A stretch of DNA of 47,429 bases, taken from assembly GCA_036396115.1 (NCBI GenBank), contig DASWLN010000038.1, positions 1 through 47,429 on the forward strand, written 5' to 3'. Source of the DNA: Candidatus Zixiibacteriota bacterium (GTDB lineage Bacteria > Zixibacteria > MSB-5A5 > DASWLN01). Of the stretch, positions 16,110-25,571 are shown piece after piece; position 1 is the stretch's first letter; each line of letters opens with the position of its first letter. Both the position numbers and the translations under genes were made by a program. The notes beneath the pieces were generated by a model, which saw only the letters and a list, made by a program, of their open reading frames with translations, was not told the DNA's origin and searched no databases.

Positions 16110-17888
16110 TTAACGCAGGAAAATTAACTTTTTGGTCTCGGAGAATTCCTTAGTTTTCAGGTTATAAAAATATATTCCGCTCGGCAAGTCCATACCTGAA
16201 TTGTCCTTTGCATTCCATTCTATCCGGTTTTGTCCTGAAAGCATATTTTGGTTCAAAGTGAAAACTTTTTGTCCCAATACGTTGTAGATGGTTATGTTAA
16301 CTTCTGCTTGCTTATCCAGATAGAAAGATATAGTGGTACTGGAATTGAATGGATTGGGATAATTCTGCTCTAATTTAGGTCCTTTAGGGGGGTTATTTGG
16401 ATCCTCACCAGTATGCTCCTTTAACTCGATGGAATAAGTATAATATTGTTTTCCATCCTGAACATAATAATACCCTTCTTTGATTTGGTCTTCCACTGCA
16501 ACGACAGTCAAGATTGCTTCTTGAATATTCTTGCCGAAGTCGGATATGCTAACGCTTATCCCAAAAGGGAAGTTACTAAGTCGTTCAACTGATATAACTC
16601 CTCCCTTTTCATCATAAGTTACGATTTTACCCAAGAGGATAGTATTTAGTTCGGGGTCGATTTGGTCCTTTTGTAGTCTGAAGTCGAGTTGATAGGTTTT
16701 GCCATTATCTAAGGAAGCATCAGCTGAAAGCTCGATATAGTCAGAAGAATAAAGATAAGAAAATAGACTATCTTTACCGTAAATTACTGAGTAGGTTTTT
16801 TCGTTGTTTATAAATGAAGTATCAACCAAATGTAGAGCCGGGGCATAGCCACAATTCTGCAGGGAATCTGGGTTTCCGTAATTTATCTTTAGATAACCTA
16901 TTTCGTTTTTCACCTCCACATTCTTATATCCGTATTTTCCGTCTTCAATTGTGGTATCATCTAAAAGATTTGCCATTGCCCAGTTTGTGAAAACCTCTCT
17001 TAAGAGGTCGTCTCCGGATAAACCATATCTTTTGAACTCGTCTTTTTCAAACATTCTTGCCAACGAATACATACCACTGAAAGTTCCTGACTCCCTTCTG
17101 ATATACTGGTACCATAGATCGTCGTGGATTGAATCTGTCAAGCCAGGAAACTGCTCATATAGATAAACACCCCACAAATACCAATGCCAATATTTGCTGG
17201 TAAGTGGAGGTCCAGATGAAAACCAAGGAAGGGGATTATCGAATGGTATATTGTAATTGAATACTCCTATATTCACTTTTTTGTATCCGGTGAGGAATCG
17301 AGATAGTTCGGACTTAGTTTCATTCACCCACTCGTTATCATAGTTTGTGTTTCCCTGATTACACAAATGCTGCAATTCATGGGCAAAGAGGCCCATAATC
17401 AAAGGGTCACCAGGATACAAAAGCCCTGTTCCATATCTTACCCGAATGGCAGAATAGAAGACATTCCTGCCAGCATACCAACCATAACCCTTGCAGAAGT
17501 AACTGGGGTTGCTTCCATTACAGTCTTGTGCGTCATTCGGGTCATAGAGATAGTATTTTATCTTGGTATAAGTACTATCCCAGATGGTAAATCTTATCCC
17601 GGCTTGGCTTGAGTCTAAATCATTGGGGTTAAAATAGTTCCAGACGACTGGAAATATGTCGGAATTGTTTGTAGTGTCATCATCCAAGATGAGATTTATG
17701 AAATCGGAAGTATATTTGTCCTCCCAGTTTTGCACAACTCCGTCCGTTACATATAGCTCAAAGCAATTGTCAAACACAGGGAAGTTGCTGGTATCATACT
17801 TGTGGAAGGTAGGATCGGTTGGACTCTGAGAGAATGCAGTGTCAAGAAACGCAAAATATATTAACAAAAGCAGGATGGTTTTCTTCAT
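16110..17888 (-). CDS. Secreted HExxH zinc metallopeptidase with T9SS type A-like C-terminal domain
   Basis: Signal peptide. FAHELQH followed by WVNE (third ligand). C-terminus QNYPNPFNSSTTI..YNVLGQKV..LPSGIYFY..TKKLIFLR. Confidence 0.75.
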   Translation of the reverse strand: MKKTILLLLIYFAFLDTAFSQSPTDPTFHKYDTSNFPVFDNCFELYVTDGVVQNWEDKYTSDFINLILDDDTTNNSDIFPVVWNYFNPNDLDSSQAGIRFTIWDSTYTKIKYYLYDPNDAQDCNGSNPSYFCKGYGWYAGRNVFYSAIRVRYGTGLLYPGDPLIMGLFAHELQHLCNQGNTNYDNEWVNETKSELSRFLTGYKKVNIGVFNYNIPFDNPLPWFSSGPPLTSKYWHWYLWGVYLYEQFPGLTDSIHDDLWYQYIRRESGTFSGMYSLARMFEKDEFKRYGLSGDDLLREVFTNWAMANLLDDTTIEDGKYGYKNVEVKNEIGYLKINYGNPDSLQNCGYAPALHLVDTSFINNEKTYSVIYGKDSLFSYLYSSDYIELSADASLDNGKTYQLDFRLQKDQIDPELNTILLGKIVTYDEKGGVISVERLSNFPFGISVSISDFGKNIQEAILTVVAVEDQIKEGYYYVQDGKQYYTYSIELKEHTGEDPNNPPKGPKLEQNYPNPFNSSTTISFYLDKQAEVNITIYNVLGQKVFTLNQNMLSGQNRIEWNAKDNSGMDLPSGIYFYNLKTKEFSETKKLIFLR

Positions 17889-17909
17889 TATGAAAGAATA
17901 TCAGAGTAT

Positions 17910-18108
17910 CCCCGTAGGGGGGATGAATGACATTTCTATAAGTTCCCTCTCCCTTGGGGGAGAGGGTTAGAGCCTGCCCTAAAGCGAAGCGAAGGGGTGA
18001 GGGGGATAACGAAGATGATTCTTACCCCTCTCTCCGCCTTTGGCGGGATTTTCAACTTAGTCCTCCCCCTCAAGGGGGAGGAGATGTTTTGGATGCCCCC
18101 GTAGGGGG
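17910..18108. repeat. Non-coding copy of both DUF559-element ends, each with a nested insert, bracketed by CCCCGTAGGGG palindromes
   Basis: CCCTCTCCCTTGGGGGAGAGGGTTAG[..]GGTGAGGGGG at 17945-18005 and CCCCTCTC[..]CTTAGTCCTCCCCCTCAAGGGGGAGGAG at 18025-18083. Confidence 0.75.
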
Positions 18109-18117
18109 AAAGCTCAC

Positions 18118-18525
18118 TTAGAACGGGATGTCGTCTCCTTCGGCCTCTTCGGTTTCTGGTTCCGGAGGGATCTCTTCCTCTGAAGGCCCTTCTTCCTTTC
18201 TGCCTAACATCTGCATGCGGTTAGCCACGATTTCAGTTATGTACTTTCGATTACCATCCTTGTCCTCGTATGAACGGCTTTGAATTCTTCCCTCAATATA
18301 GACGGGGCTTCCTTTTTTGAGATATTCCTTGCATACTTCGGCCTGTCTTCCCCAAGCCACAATATTATGCCAGTCAGTTCTCTGTTGCAACTGGCCGTCT
18401 TTATCCTTCCACCGCTCGCTGGTGGCAATAGGGAATTTCGCCACTGGTTGACCACTGGGGGTGTAACGTAAGTCAGGATCTCTGCCCAAATTTCCAATTA
18501 AGATCGCGCGATTAACGCTAGCCAT
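18118..18525 (-). CDS. ssb: Single-stranded DNA-binding protein
   Basis: VNRAILIGNLGRDP, TDWHNIVAWG, VYIEGRIQSRSY, acidic tail ending DDIPF. Confidence 0.97.
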   Translation of the reverse strand: MASVNRAILIGNLGRDPDLRYTPSGQPVAKFPIATSERWKDKDGQLQQRTDWHNIVAWGRQAEVCKEYLKKGSPVYIEGRIQSRSYEDKDGNRKYITEIVANRMQMLGRKEEGPSEEEIPPEPETEEAEGDDIPF

Positions 18526-18562
18526 AAATCCTCCTTAAATAGATAATCAGAACTTTTCTGTT

Positions 18563-18590
18563 AATATACAGACTTTTGGCCAATTGTCAA
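18563..18590 (-). promoter_or_regulatory. Putative sigma70 promoter of ssb
   Basis: Minus strand TTGACA-16 bp-TATATT. Confidence 0.55.
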
Positions 18591-18620
18591 TAAGTTAAAT
18601 ATCCCAACTCAATTTATGGC

Positions 18621-18648
18621 TTGACTTTTGGGCATGGTCTCTTATAAT
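18621..18648 (+). promoter_or_regulatory. Putative sigma70 promoter of the GT2 gene
   Basis: TTGACT-16 bp-TATAAT. Confidence 0.6.
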
Positions 18649-18681
18649 TTAAAGTAGTTATAATTTATCTATTTTATCAAA

Positions 18682-19650
18682 ATGAATAATCATCCTCAAC
18701 TTCCCTCGGCCTCGCCGAGAGGCGGGCGTCGAGAGACGAGTCCGCAGGTCTCCATAATTGTTCCAGCTTACAATGAGGCAGAAAACATACCTCTTCTCAT
18801 GGAGAAATTCTCAAGAATGTTTCAGTCCTCCGGCCTAAAAGGAGAGGTGATTTTGGTTAATGACGGTTCCACGGATAATACCTTGGCTCAAGCTAAAACC
18901 TGTCAAGAAAAATATGGTTTCTTAAGAGTTGCCTCGCACAAGGTTCGAAAGGGAATAACAGATGCATTGCTAACTGGATTTAGTGATTCGCAAGGAGAGG
19001 TTTTCGTATTCTGGCCAGCTGACCTGCAATATCTGCCGGAAGATATACCTCATATGATAGAGAAGATAGACCAGGGTTTTGATATAGTTACCGGCTGGAA
19101 ACAGGGGAATTATGGGTTAAAAGGGTTTGTGTCTTTCTGCTATAACCTCCTCTCCCGCATTCTGTTTGGTATAAGAGTTCACGACTTGAATTCGGTTAAA
19201 GCTTTTCGCCGAGATATTTTCGAGGATGTAACTCTGCGCAAGGATTGGCACAGATATATGGTTGTCTTAGCTGCGGAGAAAGGATACAAGATCGCAGAAG
19301 TCAGGGTGAAGTTATACCCCCGCAAGTATGGAAAATCGAAATTCGGTTTTTGGCGAATCCCCATAGGGATACTGGACTTATTCAGCGTTAAGTTCCAGCT
19401 CTCTTTTTTGAGAAAGCCGATGCTCTTTTTTGGATTTTTGGGTTTGGTATTATTTTTTTTGGGAGTGGTAGTTGCTGGTTTGGCGCTTTATCTAAGATTT
19501 ATAGAACATGAAGGTTTTAGGCCGCTTTTGTATTTGGTTATCTTGCTTGTGCTTTCAGGCATCTCATTTTTTGCCTTGGGATTTCTGGCTGAAGCCATAG
19601 TGAGCTTAAGGGAAGAGTTGAGAGATATCAAAAACAAACTGATCAAATAG
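18682..19650 (+). CDS. GT2 glycosyltransferase (ArnC/polyprenyl-phosphate glycosyltransferase-like)
   Basis: SIIVPAYNEAENI, VNDGSTD, ADLQ, DIVTGW, two C-terminal TM helices. GC-rich insert near the N-terminus. Confidence 0.9.
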   Translation: MNNHPQLPSASPRGGRRETSPQVSIIVPAYNEAENIPLLMEKFSRMFQSSGLKGEVILVNDGSTDNTLAQAKTCQEKYGFLRVASHKVRKGITDALLTGFSDSQGEVFVFWPADLQYLPEDIPHMIEKIDQGFDIVTGWKQGNYGLKGFVSFCYNLLSRILFGIRVHDLNSVKAFRRDIFEDVTLRKDWHRYMVVLAAEKGYKIAEVRVKLYPRKYGKSKFGFWRIPIGILDLFSVKFQLSFLRKPMLFFGFLGLVLFFLGVVVAGLALYLRFIEHEGFRPLLYLVILLVLSGISFFALGFLAEAIVSLREELRDIKNKLIK

Positions 19651-19908
19651 TGTCTTAACCTTGCCTTTCTTTTCTTACCCTCTTTTCCTTAAATCCAATT
19701 TGATTTCAGGGGTGTGGACTCAAGATCCAAAGAGTTGGCTCTCAGGACAACCTGAGTAGTAGTGTTTGTCCCAGCCACTTTAGCTCTCTTGACTATCTTT
19801 TCCTTGAGCTAATAACTGTCCTCAATTAGATGCGAATAAGAATGATTGGGCGTGCACAACGGTTCGTGAGGTTGGGTACCAACAGTTTGAGAATTGGGGT
19901 AATCTATA

Positions 19909-19936
19909 TTGACAGACGGATATTTTTATTTATATT
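19909..19936 (+). promoter_or_regulatory. Putative sigma70 promoter of the large downstream operon
   Basis: TTGACA-16 bp-TATATT. Confidence 0.5.
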
Positions 19937-19972
19937 GATACTTCAACCTTGAATCCCTAACACTCATTTTTC

Positions 19973-20686
19973 ATGAAAACCTTAGTTATCATACCCACTT
20001 ATAACGAAAGTACAAACATAGCCACACTCCTCCCTCAGATTTTAGCTCAGGACCCGACAATCGATGTTTTGGTGGTGGATGATAATTCACCGGATGGAAC
20101 TGGAAAACTTGTGGATAAGATGACAGGCGAAAACAGTCGCATTCAGGTAATTCACCGCCAAAAAAAAAGTGGCTTGGGAACTGCTTATAAGGCTGGCTTT
20201 AAACATGCCCTGGAAAGGGGTTACGATTACATATTTGAGATGGATGCCGATTTCTCGCATGACCCCGGATATATCCCTCATTTTCTGGAAGCGATAAAAG
20301 AGGCTGACTTGGTTTTGGGTTCGCGTTACATAAGAGGGGTGAATGTGATAAATTGGCCTATGTCGCGCCTGCTTTTATCTTACTTTGCCAATATCTATAC
20401 CCGCTGGGTGACCGGCTTGCCCATAAGGGATTCCACTGGTGGATTCAAGTGCTTTAAAAGAGAGGTTTTGGAAAGCATAAATTTAGATAGAGTCAAGTCG
20501 AATGGATACACCTTTCAGATAGAGATGAGCTTCAGGGCTTGGAAGAAGGGGTTTCGCCTGAAAGAGATTCCGATCATCTTCGAGGACAGAAGGGAAGGAC
20601 AATCCAAGATGTCCAAGAAGATAGTTCGCGAGGCAGTATGGATGGTATGGAAGTTGAGGCTTCTGAGTATTCTGGGCAAGATATGA
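19973..20686 (+). CDS. Polyprenol-monophosphomannose synthase (DPM1-like GT2)
   Basis: IIPTYNE, VVDDNSPDGTG, GLGTAY, EMDADFSHDP, DSTGGFKC, FEDRREGQSKMS. Confidence 0.92.
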   Translation: MKTLVIIPTYNESTNIATLLPQILAQDPTIDVLVVDDNSPDGTGKLVDKMTGENSRIQVIHRQKKSGLGTAYKAGFKHALERGYDYIFEMDADFSHDPGYIPHFLEAIKEADLVLGSRYIRGVNVINWPMSRLLLSYFANIYTRWVTGLPIRDSTGGFKCFKREVLESINLDRVKSNGYTFQIEMSFRAWKKGFRLKEIPIIFEDRREGQSKMSKKIVREAVWMVWKLRLLSILGKI

Positions 20687-21582
20687 CCCTATCTTTCGAC
20701 GTTTCAATTATAATTGTCAATTATAATGTGAACAAACTTCTGTTTAAATGTCTGAGCTCGGTTTTCAGAACCAATAGCAAAAAAAAGATGGAAGTGATAG
20801 TTGTGGATAATGCTTCCCGGGACAAAAGTACAGAAACAGTGAAGAAGGATTTCCCGCAGGTGAAATTAATCCAAAACAGAAAAAATCTGGGGTTCGCCCG
20901 AGGAGCTAATCAGGGAATTAAGGCAAGCCGAGGCAGGTATATATTTCTTCTGAATCCAGACACTTTAATTACCGCCGGTGAACTGGATAAGATAATAGAC
21001 TTTATGGAGAAAAACAAAAAAGTTGGCATCTGTGGGCCAAAGATGGTAAATTCACAAGAAAATATACAGTATTCCTGCAGAAAATTTCCGAATTATCTCA
21101 CCTCCATATCTTCCAGCCAGTCGCTATTGTTTAAGCTTTTTCCGAGAAACCCCCTCTCTCAAGAATATCTTCTCACTGAGAAAAGTCACCGAGAAGAGAT
21201 GGAGGTCGACTGGGTATCCGGTTCCGCCCTTTTAGCCAGAAAAGATATGCTGGACCAAATCGGAAACTTAGATGAGAACTTTTTCATATATGTGGAAGAT
21301 GTCGATTTATGCTATCGCGCCAAAAAGGGTGACTGGAAAGTTTTCTATTATCCGTATGCCGAGATACGGCATCTGATTGGAGCGAGCACCAATCAGGAAA
21401 GATCAAAAATGGTAATTCAACATCATAAAAGTATGTATCATTTCTATCAAAAACATTATTCAGCCAAAGCCATTTTATCTATCTTGGTGCTGTGGGGGAT
21501 CTTCCTTAGAATGGGGATAGTGCTATTGAGCCAGATGGTTGAGTTAATTCTCCAAACGAATTCAAAAAAGGAAAAAGTTTGA
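20683..21582 (+). CDS. GT2 glycosyltransferase (WbbL-like rhamnosyltransferase family)
   Basis: SIIIVNYN, VVDNAS, NLGFARGAN, LLNPD, DWVSGSALL, YVEDVDLC. Start set at the ATGA overlap with the upstream stop. Confidence 0.88.
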   Translation: MTLSFDVSIIIVNYNVNKLLFKCLSSVFRTNSKKKMEVIVVDNASRDKSTETVKKDFPQVKLIQNRKNLGFARGANQGIKASRGRYIFLLNPDTLITAGELDKIIDFMEKNKKVGICGPKMVNSQENIQYSCRKFPNYLTSISSSQSLLFKLFPRNPLSQEYLLTEKSHREEMEVDWVSGSALLARKDMLDQIGNLDENFFIYVEDVDLCYRAKKGDWKVFYYPYAEIRHLIGASTNQERSKMVIQHHKSMYHFYQKHYSAKAILSILVLWGIFLRMGIVLLSQMVELILQTNSKKEKV

Positions 21583-22628
21583 TAGTCCTTTTCACGTTCA
21601 TCATATCATTGCTCATAAGTTTTGCCATAACCTTTTGGATTAGAAATGTTTGTATCAGGCATAATCTATTGGATCATCCAGACCAAAGGAAGATGCATAC
21701 AACCCCGATTCCTCGCTTGGGGGGAGTGGGCATATTTCTGTCCATTTTGGTATCGCTCTTAATTGTTTTCCTTTTCAAGAGTTCGCTCTTCCGTGAAATA
21801 GAATCTCAAATCCTGTTTGTGCTATTAAGTGGGATGGTGATATTTGGCTTGGGATTATATGATGACCTTAAGCCGGTTAAACCAGAAATCAAACTAATTT
21901 TTCAGGCAATTGCCTCCCTTATTCTAATCTTAGCTGGCTTGAGGATAAACCTCATTCACATACCTTTTTATCGAACCATCAATTTGGGATGGTTCAGTTA
22001 TCCCCTCACCTTAATTTGGTTTTTAGTCATCGTCAATGCTATGAATCTATTGGATGGTCTGGATGGTTTGGCGGCTGGGGTTTCAGTCATAGCCGCAGGC
22101 TCACTTTTAGTAGTAGGTTATATGCTCAAAGTGGATATCGCCCTTTTGATATCCGCAAGCGTTGCCGGAAGCTGTTTGGGTTTTCTAAGATATAACTATT
22201 TTCCGGCCAGCATATTCATGGGGGATTCCGGTTCACTTTTTCTCGGTTACCTTTTTGCCTTGATGGCAATCATCTGTCCCATCAAAAGTTACACCAGTAT
22301 GGCTCTTTTCGTTCCGCTTTTGGCTCTGGGGGTGCCGCTAATTGAGATAACGATTTCTTCTTTTAGGCGAATCATAGGAAAGCAAACCTTATATCTGGCT
22401 GACAAAAGGCATATATTTCATTTCCTGATAGAAAAAGGTTTCAGCCATAGAGATACAGTCTGGCTATTTTATCTTTTGTCCTTGATCTTCGCTATTATGG
22501 TGATCAGCCTTCTGACTCAGAGCCATAAAATCGCTTTGCTCTTGGTCTTTTTATTAATATTGACCTTCGGGACAATTTTTGTATCTTGGTATAACAGGAC
22601 GCAAGCAAAGCTCAAAGCGGAGAAGTAA
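21579..22628 (+). CDS. wecA: Undecaprenyl-phosphate GlcNAc-1-phosphate transferase (WecA/TagO, MraY-like GT4)
   Basis: [46 protein letters not shown]. Multi-TM. Confidence 0.88.
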   Translation: MIVLFTFIISLLISFAITFWIRNVCIRHNLLDHPDQRKMHTTPIPRLGGVGIFLSILVSLLIVFLFKSSLFREIESQILFVLLSGMVIFGLGLYDDLKPVKPEIKLIFQAIASLILILAGLRINLIHIPFYRTINLGWFSYPLTLIWFLVIVNAMNLLDGLDGLAAGVSVIAAGSLLVVGYMLKVDIALLISASVAGSCLGFLRYNYFPASIFMGDSGSLFLGYLFALMAIICPIKSYTSMALFVPLLALGVPLIEITISSFRRIIGKQTLYLADKRHIFHFLIEKGFSHRDTVWLFYLLSLIFAIMVISLLTQSHKIALLLVFLLILTFGTIFVSWYNRTQAKLKAEK

Positions 22629-22633
22629 AAGCG

Positions 22634-23608
22634 ATGAATGGAATTCACTTGGAGTTTGAAAAGCCCATCTACGAGCTGGAAAAGAAAATTCAAGATATGA
22701 AGGATTTTGCTGACGGCGAGAATGTGGAGCTTACACAAGAGATAGAGCTTTTGGAGAAAAAATTAGATAAGCTAAAAAGAGAAACCTATTCCAACCTGTC
22801 CCGTTGGCAGAGAGTTCAATTAGCTCGGCATCCCAAAAGACCCCACAGTTTGGATTATATCAATCTAATGTTGACCGATTTTGTGGAATTACACGGAGAT
22901 AGAAATTTTGCAGATGACAAGGCGGTGGTGGGGGGGGTTGCCAAGCTGGAGGGTATTCCGCTCCTAGTGGTGGGTCAGCAAAAAGGGAAGGACACAAAAG
23001 AGAACCTCTTTCGCAATTTCGGCATGTGCAATCCTGAAGGTTACAGAAAGGGGTTGCGTTTGATGCAATTGGCAGCTCGCTTTGGCAGACCGATAGTGAT
23101 ATTAATAGATACTCCGGGTGCATTTCCGGGAATAGGGGCGGAGGAGAGAGGCCAGGCAGAAGCCATTGCCAGAAACTTAAGAGAAATGGCCAGACTACCC
23201 GTGCCGATAATTGTGAATATCATTGGGGAGGGGGCAAGCGGAGGGGCTCTGGGTTTTGGGATAGGAGATAAGATTCTAATGTTAGAGAATTCCTGGTATT
23301 CGGTCATCTCACCCGAAGGGTGCGCCGCCATTTTATGGAGAGATAGTTCTAAAGCTCCACAGGCGGCTGAGGCTTTGAAGCTAACTGCCTGGGATCTGGA
23401 GGAGTTGGGGGTTATAGACAAGATAATAGAGGAGCCCCTGGGCGGTGCTCACCGTAATTATGAGGAATCCGCACGTATATTAAAGAAAGAGATAAAAGCT
23501 GTTTTGGAAGAGTTGTCTAATCTTGGCCCGGAAGAGCTGATAGAAAGAAGAATCGCCAAGTTCAGGCAGATGGGTTCTTATGGGATTGAGAAAGAGGAGG
23601 AAACCTAA
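22634..23608 (+). CDS. accA: Acetyl-CoA carboxylase carboxyltransferase alpha subunit
   Basis: [62 protein letters not shown]. Confidence 0.97.
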   Translation: MNGIHLEFEKPIYELEKKIQDMKDFADGENVELTQEIELLEKKLDKLKRETYSNLSRWQRVQLARHPKRPHSLDYINLMLTDFVELHGDRNFADDKAVVGGVAKLEGIPLLVVGQQKGKDTKENLFRNFGMCNPEGYRKGLRLMQLAARFGRPIVILIDTPGAFPGIGAEERGQAEAIARNLREMARLPVPIIVNIIGEGASGGALGFGIGDKILMLENSWYSVISPEGCAAILWRDSSKAPQAAEALKLTAWDLEELGVIDKIIEEPLGGAHRNYEESARILKKEIKAVLEELSNLGPEELIERRIAKFRQMGSYGIEKEEET

Positions 23609-23612
23609 CTTT

Positions 23613-23777
23613 ATGCTTGACTGGAATTCACTTTCGATTCTGGTTTGTCCTAAATGCAAAGGTCAGTTGAAACATAGGCACAAACCGGAAGGATTAGTCT
23701 GTCAGGCGTGCAGATTGGATTTTGAAATTAGAGAAGATATACCTATCCTGCTTTTGGAGGAAGCACGTAAATTCTAA
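23613..23777 (+). CDS. Trm112 family small protein
   Basis: ILVCPKCKG..L.C..C...F.IREDIPILL.EEA. Start set at ATG 23613. Confidence 0.85.
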   Translation: MLDWNSLSILVCPKCKGQLKHRHKPEGLVCQACRLDFEIREDIPILLLEEARKF

Positions 23778-23796
23778 ATATCGAAAATAAGGAGGT

Positions 23797-24255
23797 ATGG
23801 TAATGAAACTTTCCAAGTTCTGTGAAGAGAATTTGATATCATTTGAGCTTAAGGCTAAAGATAAGGAGGGAGCGATAAGGGAATTAGCGGACTTGGCATC
23901 CCGATCCAGTTTGGTTAAGGATAAGGAAGAGCTTCACAAGGCAGTGATTGAGAGAGAGAAGTTGGTCACCACCGGTGTAGGTTATGGGGTTGCCTTCCCT
24001 CATGCCAAGACCAAGGCCGTCAAGGGAATCGTCATCGCTTTCGGCAGGTCGAAGCAGGGGATCGATTTTGAAGCTATGGATAAGAAGCCGGTTTACCTCT
24101 TCTTTTTGATTGCCGCACCCGAAGATGTGATCGGAGCTCATTTGAACGTTATGGCGCGACTCTCCTATCTTATGAAAGGCGAAAAGAATCGGGATACTTT
24201 AATGAAGATAAAAAGCCCTCGAGAATTAATAGAGATTCTGGATTCAGTGGATTAA
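23797..24255 (+). CDS. PTS IIA domain protein (PtsN/fructose-type)
   Basis: EREKLVTTGVGYGVAFPHAK with the phosphorylated His; FGRSKQGIDF; HLNVMARLS. Confidence 0.9.
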   Translation: MVMKLSKFCEENLISFELKAKDKEGAIRELADLASRSSLVKDKEELHKAVIEREKLVTTGVGYGVAFPHAKTKAVKGIVIAFGRSKQGIDFEAMDKKPVYLFFLIAAPEDVIGAHLNVMARLSYLMKGEKNRDTLMKIKSPRELIEILDSVD

Positions 24256-24257
24256 TT

Positions 24258-25049
24258 ATGCCCAAGTTTGCGCCCATCACCCTCAAAGGTAATAAATACT
24301 TCTATCTCTCCATTCTAATACTTCTTTCGCTCATACTTCTAATTATGCCTCATTATACTAAGACGATAATCTCATATTATGTCTTCAAATTCAGTTATTC
24401 CCCTTTTTATGGACTAAGCGATAAGGTTGGAGAGCTGAGAGGGGTTTATAAAAAGAATCAAGAGCTGGAAAAGAGAGTAGCAGAATTAACTTTAGAGAAT
24501 TATCAGCTTAAAGAACAGAGCATAGAGAACGCTACGTTCAGAGCTTTATTGAAGTTCAAATCAGAGAGCAGCTACAAGGTGATACCCGCTAAAGTCATAG
24601 CCTTTGACCCGGGCAGGAACACAAGCACCGTTTTAGTTGATGTGGGTGGGGAGGAGGGGATAAGAAGGAATATGCCGGTAATAAATATGTATGGCTTGGT
24701 GGGCAAAACTTTGGAAGTCATGCCTCATACTTCTGCAATCCAGCTTCTCTCGGACCCTAATTGCCGAGTGGCGGCAATTGACCAGAGAAGCAGAATACTG
24801 GGCATAGTTAAATTGGGTCCTGGCCTAGCTCTAGTGATGGATAATGTACCATTTGGAGAGGATATAAAAGCTGGGGACCAGATTGTCACCTCCGGGTTAG
24901 GAGGGATATTTCCCTCAGGGATTCAGGTGGGCAAAGTAGCGGAGGTTGAAGAAGCCAAGCACGCTGTTTTCAAGACCATTCACCTAAAACCAGAAGTTAA
25001 TTTCAATAGTCTGGAGGAGCTTTTCGTTCTGGACGTCTCACAGGGGTAA
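24258..25049 (+). CDS. mreC: Rod shape-determining protein MreC
   Basis: N-terminal TM, coiled coil, GLVGK, GDQIVTSGLGGIFPSGIQVG. Confidence 0.93.
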   Translation: MPKFAPITLKGNKYFYLSILILLSLILLIMPHYTKTIISYYVFKFSYSPFYGLSDKVGELRGVYKKNQELEKRVAELTLENYQLKEQSIENATFRALLKFKSESSYKVIPAKVIAFDPGRNTSTVLVDVGGEEGIRRNMPVINMYGLVGKTLEVMPHTSAIQLLSDPNCRVAAIDQRSRILGIVKLGPGLALVMDNVPFGEDIKAGDQIVTSGLGGIFPSGIQVGKVAEVEEAKHAVFKTIHLKPEVNFNSLEELFVLDVSQG

Positions 25050-25052
25050 AAT

Positions 25053-25571
25053 ATGTTTTTCAAGAACTTGCGATATTCCAAGGCAGTTGATCTTGTGATT
25101 TTCCTTTTGATGATGCTAATCTATCAAAGCATAATCTCCAGGGGGGTGGAGGTGGCTGGAATCACCCTGGATTTTGCTTTGATAATTTTGGTCTACGTCG
25201 GCTTAACCAGAGGAGCAGTTTTCGGTGCGGTTTTTGGTTTTGCCTCTGGCTTGCTCTTAGATGTCTATACTCCAGGACTTTTGGGGTTGGGCGCCCTCCT
25301 GAGGGGGATTCTGGGATTCTTAATAGGCAACTTCAGAAACAAGCTCTTTATAGAGACTCTCTATTCCAAAGGAGGCATGATATTTATAGCTCTCTTGTGG
25401 CATGACCTCTTTTACTACCTCTTTGCTACCACATTCCAAATAGGAGCTACCACTTATATCCTGCTTTTCAATTCCCTACCGTCAGGTTTATACACCGCAG
25501 TAATAGGGATGGTCGTCTTCGGCTTAGTTCAAAAGAGACTCACCCAACCAGGACAGGTTACAGGTTTATGA
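25053..25571 (+). CDS. mreD: Rod shape-determining protein MreD
   Basis: Hydrophobic, with GFASGLLLDV motif; lies between mreC and mrdA. Confidence 0.88.
   Translation: MFFKNLRYSKAVDLVIFLLMMLIYQSIISRGVEVAGITLDFALIILVYVGLTRGAVFGAVFGFASGLLLDVYTPGLLGLGALLRGILGFLIGNFRNKLFIETLYSKGGMIFIALLWHDLFYYLFATTFQIGATTYILLFNSLPSGLYTAVIGMVVFGLVQKRLTQPGQVTGL

Noticed and set aside
20539-20682. 48-aa N-terminal extension of the second GT2 ORF
   Set aside because: It overlaps the upstream gene in another frame; the ATGA coupling at 20683-20686 gives a normal GT2 start.
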